A stretch of 64,000 bases of DNA. Origin: Lenisia limosa. Taxonomy: Eukaryota > Protista > Breviatea. Within the stretch, counting starts at the first letter, position 1; the number at the start of each line of letters is the position of its first letter. The translations under genes and the position numbers were made by a program. Below, piece by piece: positions 51,101 to 61,931 of the stretch. The notes beneath the pieces were generated by a model. It had not been told where the DNA came from and did not search any database. It saw nothing but the letters and a program-made list of their open reading frames with translations. The stretch spans positions 11,902-75,901 of the forward strand of contig LPNZ01009306.1 in assembly GCA_001655205.1 (NCBI GenBank), written 5' to 3'.

Positions 51101-51474
51101 AAATGCCAAACGATAATTTAGCTCACCAAATGATTGTGATCAACCTCCACAAGCTTCAAATCCAAAAGGTTGTCAAAAAGATTCGACGGCAGGTTTTGGA
51201 GACTGTTACGTCCCAACTTGAGAGCAACAACATCGCTGCAGCCCCACCTACAATGGTGAGTTTTTATTCGATGAATTTCTTTCATAAACCGTTCCAAGCT
51301 ATCCCCACCATTGACCGCCAAAGTCTTCATTAACAATATTAGCAACCTCTTTCGGAACAGTGGTTAATTCGAACCCGGTCAGGTCAACAATGCCTAAACC
51401 GTTACCACACCACCAATTGTACACTTACCTGTGTCCTTAGAACGCTGCAACCTCTTTTCAAGACGCTGGTCCAT
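48157..51474 (-). CDS. LRRC40: Leucine-rich repeat protein, LRRC40-like
   Basis: MDQRLEKRLQRSKDTGIVDLTGFELTTVPKE; many LxxLxLxxN repeats; internal GNPLKSLRAALQSGQTQTVLKTLRNRL cap and terminal cap ...AVVAYLKKRAGVL*. Confidence 0.75.
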
Positions 51475-52217
51475 TTCGAGGTTAAACAATTAGGGGAAAC
51501 TTGGTAGAGGAATGTTTTTAGGCCTTTAGGCCTAGAACCCCACAATAAATGAAAAATGACCTTGTGAAGACTAGGATTCATACCTTTTACCACTGCTTTC
51601 AAAATAGGCAAATCTTGAGTTTTATGTCGTGTCTAGGGGGTATATAAACTTGTTGTTGATTATGTTTAAAACCCTAGGTCGTGTCAAATGTGGAGATTCT
51701 TTGTCTTTGTCTATCGATGAAAATCACTTGGTAGGTACTTATCTGGTAATATCTGGGTAATATGCGAATTATGGTAATATATTGTTTTATTATAATATTA
51801 ATATATTAATTGAATAATATAAGATAATAAGAGAGATAGGACGATAGGAAAGGGAAGAGAAAGGGAGAGGAGAAGGCTCGGAGGGGAGTGGATTTTGTCT
51901 GTTTGTTCTCTGTTTCTCCGTTTGTCTCCTACCCAATCCTACCGTCTAATTGTTTAGTAGTGACACCAGATTTGTGATTGGATTGTAGTTTCAAGAGCTC
52001 ACTACCATCTCTTTGCCTTTTTACGGTGGCGGAGCACTACAGCGTGTCTTTCCACCAAGGTGTTTCGTCCAAGGTGTCTTTGAGCGTGTTTTAATTATTT
52101 AAAGAACACTAAAAATGGTGCTGGTATTCCGAAATTATCAAGAGATAAATATCTCTTTTCATTGTCACTACTTTCACAATTCCCCTTTTCAATTCTTGTT
52201 TGTTTCTTCTCTAAACT

Positions 52218-53186
52218 ATGGGAAACTACCTTTCTTCACTTTTTTCTCACAAGAGAGATTACCGCCTTCTAATGGTAAGAAGTGTTTATTTTTATTGGCA
52301 ATTTTTTTTTTGTTTATGTCAAAGTATTATTTTGCAATAATTGTNNNNNNNNNNNNNNNNNNNNNNNNNNNNNNNNNNNNNNNNNNNNNNNNNNNNNNNN
52401 NNNNNNNNNNNNNNNNNNNNNNNNNNTTCACATCAATGAAGCAGGCTGCACCATCCCCACTATCGGTAGGCGAATGAGTTTTCAACTTTAATTTGATTTT
52501 TCTTTAGTTGTTTTTATTATTATTATTATTTTTATTGTCTAATGTTTAGGATTTAATGTTGAGACGATCAAGTACAAGAGTCTTGAATTTGTCATTTGGG
52601 ATGTCGGAGGACAAGATCGTATCCGTCCTCTTTGGAGACACTACTATGGTGGTTCGCATGCTGTTATCTTCGTTGTTGACTCTACTGATAGGTTTGTTGA
52701 TGTGGCGTGTACAATTTCTTGGAAATGAGTTGAATGGACTATTATTAACCAATACAGAAGACGAATGGAAGAAGCACAGAAGACAATTCACCAGGTTCTT
52801 GGAGATGATCAATTGAAAGACGCTGTCCTCCTTGTCTTTGCCAACAAGCAGGATCAAAGTCAAGCAATGGATCCTTCTGAGGTTAGCTTAAACCCTTTAT
52901 GAATTAAGATTAACAACCTTTCAGATGTGCCAGGCTTTGAGGTTACATGAACTCCGTTTGCCTTGGTTCCTCCAACCCTCCATCGCTCTCACAGGTATGA
53001 AATTGAAATATATACTTGACTAATGGTTGCAATTTTTGATTTTCTATTATATTCGATTTCACCAATAAAGGTGACGGCCTGTATGAGGGCTTGGATTGGC
53101 TTTCTCGTGAACTCTCTGGTAAGAAGATTCGGCCCACTGCTCCCTCGAAGTTCTCCCAGTCCACAGCTCAGGCTGCTTACTCCTAA
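52218..53186 (+). CDS. ARF: ADP-ribosylation factor family GTPase (P-loop exon lies in the N gap)
   Basis: [19 protein letters not shown]; [15 protein letters not shown]; [17 protein letters not shown]; LVFANKQD; [11 protein letters not shown]. Confidence 0.92.
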
Positions 53187-53408
53187 GTTTCTCTTTAGTC
53201 CTGTATTCTCCTTTAGAATATGTTTGTTTGTCATGTCTGACAATGGGTTAACCAACTCTGATTTATTTATTTATTGGCTTCAGCTTTTTTAAGTGAATGA
53301 AAACTCGGGTTTATCCCTGTGCCAATGCCAAAATTTACGAGATGTTGGTGAGTATAATCATAGTTAAATCCGACTTCACAATTAAATCAGCACTCACACA
53401 AAAGACAG

Positions 53409-56188
53409 CTAAAATTGTTGAAGAGCATCAAGCGCATCCTTGAGTGCTTTCTGGAAATGTCAACGAGGAAAACAGCAAATTAGGCAAAACACACACATCA
53501 GTCGGGTCCTTTACGGTGGTTCAGTCCTTTTTTTGATTTTGGAAAAAAATAATAAAAGTGTGGTAAGTAATTAAAATGAGCCTTCGGGATAATTCCGCAG
53601 GGTAGTTTTTCGTATAAAACCCTGACACAGAAACTCTAAAAATGTGTGAAAATTGCCTGAAATGTGCCTAACCAAGGCTATATGAGGCTAATACTCCAAT
53701 ATATCGACGATGAGTAGGTGTTGGTTTTGCGTAGTCACTTAAATTATTCAAATTCCTCAAACGTCTAAATTTGGAACAACCTCGGAAGTCGGGAAAATGG
53801 GCATTTTTACGTTTTTCTACCCGATGCTATTTCATACCAAATATTACCCTGCAGAATTATTTTGGTATTTTTAATTACTTACCACACTTTAATTATTTTT
53901 TTCCCAAAGTCAAAAAAAGGACTGAACCACCTTAAAACCACAATAAGAAATCAACATCCACCTCTAGTTTTCGATAATACTTGAGCTGAGCCTTGGTGAT
54001 AACAACTTCATCCTGCAGTTGTCAGGTGAACAAGGGTCAATTCATAAATGAGAAACTTCCAACAACAACCTACTTCTTTCAAAGTGACATTTTCTTGAGG
54101 ACCTTGCGCGATTGCAATTTGGTGGAAATCAGGGAATAGGCTTGGGCTATTCTCACGAGAAGGTTGATCGTCAGAGTCTGAGTCTAGTAACGTAAGAATA
54201 GATTTGCTCTGATTAAGTAACAAGAGGTATGATAGAGCACTCACCCCAAGGTAAAGTTGAGGGACCCACTCCATCATACAGTTCGTGACATAGCCGTAGC
54301 CGCTGCGGACAGGGAGCGTTGTCTTGTCAGCACTGAGTTGAAGGTAACCGAAACCATGGTTCTAAACTAGACTGTTGTTTGTTGTTCCGTTTATTTCTTC
54401 GCGAGATGAAAGAGAAATAGAGGGGGGGGGGCAGGTGACAGTGGAGCTAAGCAAATTTGACCTACTGCAGGCTGCTCCTGAAGTCTTCGTGGGTCCATTC
54501 GGGGTTGGATATTGTCCGTCACACCTCTAAGGGCAGGCAGACATAATTTGGAAAGAATCTTCTCTCCGTAGGTGATAATCTGATCTGGTGTGTAGCGTCT
54601 CACCTGAAAGTTGAGTTAAAATTTTCTTTGTTCGGGATTATGTCTACCATATACTATGGATATCAGATAATATTTGTTGATAAACGGAATTACAATAAGC
54701 AGACGGTGGAGTCACTGAACGCGAGGGTGAGGACTGCGTTCGTTAGAGAATCCAACATCAAACCTCTAAATCCTCATCCACATACCACAACAGTAGGCGA
54801 CGGCACGGGTGTTTTGCGAACAACCTTGGTATCAGGGTTGTCCCAGCCGCCCTTAACCCAAACGGAGCTCTTATCTCCGCTCCATTCTTTTGAATCTATA
54901 ATGTCAGCAATACAAAAAGTGGAAGTGGGAGGAAAGAATGGTTCATAACTACCTGACGATAATGATTCAGACATTTTGTCGACTGTAGATGCAAGGTTTG
55001 ATGGACACGGGACTTTGTACTTGGGGAGTTGGCTTAGCGATATCTGGCTTCAACTGAGAAACAACAGGCTTAGGAGTAGGAGCAACAGGCTTGGCAGCTT
55101 CTTTCATGGGAGATGGCTGTACTGGTGAAACAGACTTGACAGGCTCCTTGGTTAGAGTTAGTTGTGATGGAGTAACAGGCGCTTGCTGAGCAGCTGACGC
55201 ACCCCAGTCAGAAGAGGGAGTAGAACTAGCACCCCATCCTGTGGCTGCGGGAGCTGGGCTGGGAGAGGCAACGGGGGGAGGGTTTTCTTTGGGGGGCTGA
55301 GAAACAACAGGCTTAGAAGCAGGAGTAACAGATTTTGGTTCGGATTGCGTCGGAGTTGAAGGTGTGGAGAAGGGGTTCGCACAAGGAGTAACGGGTGTTG
55401 GCTTGTAAGGAGTGACACTATGGGGGGTTGAGGCCACGTTTTTCGCTGAGGGGAGACCCCAGCCCTCACTTGAAGAAGACGGAGCGGACATTGCAGCTGA
55501 AGAAGGAGTGCTTGGAGATTCAGGCGCTTTGAAGGGTGAAGCACTAGGCTGTCTAGGCTGTGGCTTCGGTGGCGGGAGTCGGGGTTGATTTCTTGAACGC
55601 AGGGTTAACCATCTGGGAAGCGGGGTTGAGTGTGTTTCTCTGAAGAGGCTCCCCACGCAGAGGCTGCGGGTGTTACAGCGTCTGGTTCATCAGGGGTGCT
55701 AGGCGACACCAGTTCAACAGGGGCTAGATAAGCGTAAACTTTCGCATCTGTACCGATTTACGAAGAGCGAATATTTATATATGCTCACTATTCAATAATG
55801 AACAGTATGGGATTAAAAAAACAATGGTGATTATCCAGATAAGGGTCAGCTTTTTTATGGTCTCCATTTACGATAAACAAACTGATTTTACAAATTGATA
55901 ACCAACATACAACTTAAGGCAATTTCTGTTTCGATAGGAGAAGTGGCTGTAGCTGGCTGTGACGAGAAGCTATAATGATGTCATTCATAATGTGACATTT
56001 CAGGGAAAATAAATCCTAAGGAAGAGCTTTGTCAAAGGGGCTCTGTTCAATTATTTACCTTAACTCACCTGTCAGAGATGCAAACATCATCCCATTCATC
56101 TCCAGCAGAAGCCTGATAAAATGAGATTGAATGAACTAGAGAAGAAGAGTGAATATGTTAACTCCTCTATTTTCCAATTGGATGGCAT
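53409..56188 (-). CDS. Hypothetical Pro/Ser/Thr-rich protein with a C-terminal coiled coil
   Basis: Starts MPSNWKIEEASAGDEWDDVCISD; 229-codon Pro-rich exon (54967-55656); ends ...KAQLKYYRKLE|KALKDALDALQQF* across the MITE-containing intron. Confidence 0.55.
53514..53932. mobile_element. MITE family C (about 419 bp) with about 60-bp TIRs and a TA target duplication
   Basis: GGTGGTTCAGTCCTTTTTTTGA(T/C)TTTGG...AAAGTGTGGTAAGTAATTAAAA and its reverse complement at about 53869-53931; TA at 53512-53513 and 53933-53934; subterminal inverted similarity (ATAATTCCGCAGGGTA vs TACCCTGCAGAATTAT). Confidence 0.85.
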
Positions 56189-56761
56189 TTTAAAAAAATA
56201 TTATATCCTCTTTGCCAACAGTTTTTGCGGCAGGCGTCCCTCCTTCTTTTTCAACAAAGTATCTAAAAAAAATTAGAACTACAAACCAATTGCTTTACCA
56301 AACCTTTCATGCTCTTCATAGCTATCATGTAGCCACTTATCACCCCTGAAATATGAGAAAGGGGCTAGAAAAAGAGATTGCTTACTCCATTTTTAAGAGA
56401 GAAAGGGAATGGTGTCCCAAGTTGTTTTAATGAAGAAGAAAAAAAACTGGGAGATAGAACTGACAGAGGCACTAATTTAAGTGAAAAGAGCTGAAAGAGG
56501 CACTAATTTGAAACAAATAAAAGAAGTTTGTGGCTCTTAATATATATTTGCCACTGCCACCATGCACATGCATCCAACATGCATCCATGCATAGCCCCTT
56601 GTCAGCCCCCAGGGAGAATAACAAAAGGTTTTTTCTCACCGACTTTTTTTGTTCTACCCTAACCTGCCCCTAGCCACCCTAGCCCCCTGCCGAGCCCCAT
56701 CCCATTTTTTTGTTTTTCTGTACTACAAACTCACTTCCAACTTGTCCACTACTTTACTTGT

Positions 56762-59650
56762 TTAGGGCTTGTGACGTGAACTTGTGAAGCCAAGTAAAGT
56801 TGCAGTGAAGCCAAAGTGAAGCCCAGGAGGTGAAGCAAGAGAAACTGAATTTAACAACCTCAACTCAGGTCAAGAAAATACAGCTCACACATACCATTCT
56901 TCTACCTGTACCAAGTAATCACAATACACAAACACAGTACCATAGCAACTTGATAGCAACATGCAACTATACTTGAGCCTCCTTTGGTGGTTTCACCAGC
57001 CACAGTAAAATTGCAAGGCATAAGGCAATACAAGAAGCGATAAGGTTCATTCCTCCCATTCCTAAATTGTGAAAACCAAGGTTTTAGAAACCATACCGTA
57101 GCTGTCATACAAATAGTCACCGACAAGAGCCGCTGTACATAAAATACACAAGAAAGATCTTACCAAAGAATCTGCCAATTCCCATTCCTAAGATCAACAA
57201 TGAAACTGTGGAGGCAGCCAAAGAAGGTATCAAGCATGAAGCATATCCAAGTGCTGTCACCAGTCCAGCCTAAAGATTAACAAATGGTAAAAGGTAACTC
57301 ACCTCAAAGAAGACAAAGGAGAGGCACAATAATGCAACAGAAGAAAAAAGTGTTGTTGGGTTGACTATGCCAAGAATAAAATAACCTAAAGTGGCTGCAA
57401 AAGATGCACCAACAACCATCCGCCGTAGTCCGATCCTATAGTGGTTAGACAAAAAAAAAAATATACATCACATGTATATATACTGGTGTTTCAAAAGTTG
57501 TACCTAAAAAGTAGGAACATGTACTTTTACCCAAGAATTTTACCAAGGTAAAATTCCATATTTTTTGGGGGAAATCCAAAATAACTAATTAGTTCGGTAA
57601 AATTCAACACAATTGGGTAAAATTACCCGTTATTGGGCAATATAATATACTATGTACTATGAGAGATGAATATAAAACAAGGTGGATTATATTATAAAGT
57701 ATAATACTAATTCACCAATCATTTGCCTTAAGTACACACAGCTTTCTGCATGCCTCCTCGAACATAGTCTATCATCAGTATTACTAAGTTTTCAATTAGA
57801 AAAGTAGGTTACACCATTAAGCTGAATCATTATTCTTTCCATTTGTTCCTTGAAACACAATTAATCACTTGTCATTCACATAATTTGTAAATACCCCCAA
57901 CAAACTTATCAACAAAAACAGAGATTGAAGACGAGGCACAAAGCTCAGTCAGTCCAATTAAAGCGGTGACAAAGCCAATTTCGCTTGCAGAAGATACAAC
58001 ACCAAGGTCATCCTCCAACCTGGGAAGTAAAAAATATACACTAATTATTGTTTCACTCAAGAAGCAATCGTCCTTGAACATACATACATACCATCTTGCA
58101 AAGACAAGGTACACTAAGTTGTTGCAGAAGCAGAAGCCAGTCATATATAAGACAAGGGATATGACAGCGGGGCATTGAAGTACTTCTCTAAACTGTGATA
58201 TGGTATCTACTAACATATCGTACAACGTAATCATAAGTATCCTCAGTCCGAAAAATAAATAATATGATTCACACAGAAAAATGACACGGATATCCAAACA
58301 AAATGTTGAACTTCATACCCATTCCCACAAACTTCCAGCTTATGACTAAATCTAAAAGAACAACGCCAAAGCTGGGAGACTGCTTTTGGGCTAAATACGA
58401 TCATTAAAAAGGAAAATCAGACTAAACGCACCTTCTGGTAGAACGGCCTTATCTTCTTCTACCACAGGAACAATTGAGTCTTCAGATAGAACGGTCGCTT
58501 CGACATTACTAGCTTCTTCAGCATCACTCTTGGGTTCTTTTGTAATTGCCTTGTCCACTTCTTTCATCTCCTCTTTGATGTTTTCACATTTTTCTGATGA
58601 TTCTTCCAATGAGGTTTCATTTTGATACAAAGGAGCGTTTGTCTCTTTAGCTAACCGGAAAAAGTTAGTTGAAATGATATCATGCCTATCTCTTTGTAAC
58701 TAACCTGCCCTGCTTTCAACTATCACCAGAGGAGAGAGGGTGACTTCCTTTGTCTCGTTCTTGTTTCGAACAAAAAATGGCACCAGAATAGCGCAGGGTA
58801 AAAAGGCAAGAGCAACTGTCAGGTATGTCCATGAAGTAGATCTTCAAATTATTAGAGATTCTTACACACACCACAAACCCCGTATAAGAGATTAAAATGC
58901 CCAATAGCGCAACACCAATGAGGTTCGAGAGTGCCCAGGTGGTTTCAATAAGGCCTGTAACCCGGCCTATAGCATCCAACCCTTAACAGTAAGAAAAGTA
59001 CATCTTTTGGATTCGGAAATTGAATGCCTACGAGATATCTGAGAAAGTTTGACTTGAATCAGGGGGTTCAAGAAGTTATAACTAGGAAGAGTGAAATAAG
59101 GGGGGGGACAACGACCCAAAACGCTTACCCAATTCCAAAGATGATACGGGAAATCACAAAGATAGTCACGTTAACATAGAAACTAGTAGTCACAAAGGCC
59201 ATGGCTGTTGCAAATACGCCGCACCATGAGGCTATGGTGATTGGAAGCTCGGCTCCAAATTTGACCCCAACAGCCCCAGTCACAAGAGTTGCAACTCCCA
59301 TAAACTCCTGGACAGCCAGAATTTGACTGAAGGCACTAAATAGTCAACTCCCTGATGTCATTTAGCACTCAATATTTCCTTTTTTTTCTTTCCTTTCTTC
59401 TTTATTTAGTTATCAGCGTACCTGGAAGTAACATCAAGATCTTCAGCGATGCGAGATGCAAAGGGATACTGATACCTGTGAAAAGGAAAAACAATGAAGA
59501 CTAAAAAGGAAAAACCAACCGGATAACTAGATATATTAAAAACTTTATAAAGAAGAATACAATAAATGGTGGGTAAGGGACGCCAATCCAAGTTTGTGAT
59601 GCCATTTTCAACTTCTGATTCGCTTGTGGGCCTTCTATTGTATTTTTTAA
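56762..59650 (-). CDS. Major facilitator superfamily transporter (first exon unresolved)
   Basis: Multiple TM exons: YQYPFASRIAEDLDVTS; IGRVTGLIETTWALSNLIGVALLGILIS; EIGFVTALIGLTELCASSSISVFVDK; IGLRRMVVGASF. Confidence 0.75.
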
Positions 59651-59958
59651 TTATATTCTTCTTATATTTACATATAACCAACGGCTTAGCGTTTGGCTAT
59701 TCTAAAAAGGCCAAAAAGAAGCAAAACATATTTTAAAATATATTACGATTTTAGAAAAGAACTGAACCGAACTGAACTACTCCTTTTTCACTGAAACATT
59801 TTTTTAACTTTTCCTTTTTGCGCACTTATTTTTATTTTGGTATGTTGAGAGGAGATTAATAGAGCATATTATGTTTGGCAGTTTTTTCTCTTTTTTTTTC
59901 AGAAGTTTTATTCCGGAGTCTTGTATGACTCCCCACACCATTTACCCTTCTTAGCACA

Positions 59959-60199
59959 ATGGCCAAGTCCAAGAACCATACTTCTCACACCCTCAACTAC
60001 AAGAACCACAAGAACGGTATCCAGAAGCCCCTCAAGGTCCGCCTCAACGCCCTTAAAGGAATGGACTGCAAGTACATCCGCAACATGGTATGTGTTTGTA
60101 CTTTTTCACATTTTGTGAGTTGTTATGATAACACCACATCTGATTATTCAGCGTTTCGCCAAGAAGCACAACAAGAAGGCTGTTGCCAAGAAGGAGTAA
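59959..60199 (+). CDS. RPL29: 60S ribosomal protein L29 (eL29), 2 exons
   Basis: MAKSKNHTSHTLNYKNHKNGIQKP...KGMDCKYIRNMRFAKKHNKK. Confidence 0.96.
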
Positions 60200-60889
60200 A
60201 CTTTCACCCTCTTTTCAAATGGACTTAATGTAGTGGTTCTATTGCTGCAAAGTACTCTGTTGTCTTATTAGTAAGATGAATTGTGCGCCTTATTGAGGTT
60301 TTTTTTTCTGCTTCCAATAACCGAAGATTATTCAGGGATTTTTGATCGCTTTCTTGGTTTTCATGCGTTTTCTATTTTGGATTATTTCCGGGATATTTAT
60401 TAGCAAATGGTGTAGTGTTTATACTTTCATCTTGCAAATATTCAGCAGGAGCAAATAAGACCAGATGTTTCAGAAGAAAATTGAAAATAAAGAGAGAGTT
60501 GGTGTGCAGTATATTTGGGAAAAGCTGATCAGTCCCACACACCAGCCGAGCCAAGGCTTGATAACTTTCCTTAAAAGGCAAGTTGTTCCCCTCTGTCTTT
60601 CGTCGTTGGAAAATTATTGTGTATTAAAGAAGAGAAAGAGAATTTATCCATAAGCATTACAGTGTAATTATATCGCGAGTTTAATCAAACTGCCATCCCA
60701 TTCGCCCCCTCCACATCACTCATCATCCCTTCTACCCCACCCTAGATTTAAATTAACAACGCCAAAAAGCAACAAAGCCCGGTTACATTTTTAACAAAAG
60801 TTGGTTCGGTCCTGTCCATTTGGGGTCAGTTCAATTTGAATATTTGAATTTGAAAATTCACTTGCTTGTCATTTCTCAAGATAGAAGAG

Positions 60890-61841
60890 ATGCTTGCTCG
60901 GGCTGCAAACAAGCTTACTGCTGCAAGAAGCTATGAAAAATGTGAGAAATATATATCATATATTTTTTATATTATAGTGGATATTGGATCGCCAAGCAAC
61001 TCCCACCGCTGCCCCCATACTGGTTGCCATCTAGCTTTCCAAACAAGAGACTTACTTGTCAACCACTTGCGGGGACACTCGAAAGACTATCAATTCCAGC
61101 AAAGAGAACTCAAGGGCTGGTACCGTGAAGATCATTCCAAGACTAGTCCGGTTTGCATACTGCTGTATTGACATTAACATTGTAGTGGTTGGTAGACTTC
61201 CCTGACCGACGCCTCACCGTCATGGTCAGAAATGCGTATTTACCTGGAAATGAACATCTTTGCAACCCCTACATCAAACTAACTGTTATTAGTAAGACTA
61301 TATTTTTAATTGACATTTTTGGTGGCAATGGGAAACCAATTGAAAAGGAAAGATCCACACCATACAGTGCTGGTACAAGTCATAACAGAGTAAGCAGTAC
61401 TTGGGCTAAGGATTTTAGGTTCAATTTGACAACCAAATTACAGTGACCCATCCAACCCGTTTTCTGACTGGAGGTTGGTGTTGTTATCATTTATCATCTT
61501 TAGATTCGGCTGTTGTTATGGAGCTCATGACAATGAAACCAAGGTGGCAAATCTTATTTTGTAACGGTTTAGAACGGGGAAGTTCCATTCGGATTGTTGG
61601 ACTTTCTTCTATATTCACTCCGCCCAACTAGCAGAAATGGACTTACCTCTGTGAGCTGAATCCAATGTTAACCCTTCCAGCTACAGCGGTTCGTATAGTC
61701 CCAAGAAGTTACTAAAGCACCATAATTTCGAAGGGGCTGCTTTCCTTTGTGTTGAAGTAAGCGCTAGGTGCAGATTTAAACTGCATCTTCATATTATTAC
61801 ATTCATTTATAATTTAGATTATGGCACATGAAAGAGAATGA
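60890..61841 (+). CDS. C2H2 zinc finger + Aida-type C2 domain protein
   Basis: HRCPHTGCHLAFQTRDLLVNHLRGH (C2H2). NPYIKLTVI.GNGKPIEKERSTP...VQFD...AVVMELMTMKPRTGKFHSDCWTF resembles the AIDA C-terminal C2 domain as I recall it. Confidence 0.65.
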
Positions 61842-61931
61842 GACCAGTTGAGTAATGTACCATTTATCATATTCCAATTGTGGCTTTACCATATGATATC
61901 ATATAATATTACATAAATAGTATAATCCAAA

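Noticed and set aside
4932-53186. Membrane-trafficking gene cluster (VPS39, FYVE, ChAPs, ARF)
   Set aside because: The genes are spread over 48 kb among unrelated housekeeping genes; no evidence of a functional cluster.
57480-57860. AATTTTACC/GGTAAAATT inverted motifs in the long MFS intron
   Set aside because: No clear terminal inverted repeats or TSD; may be an old TE remnant, but not supportable.
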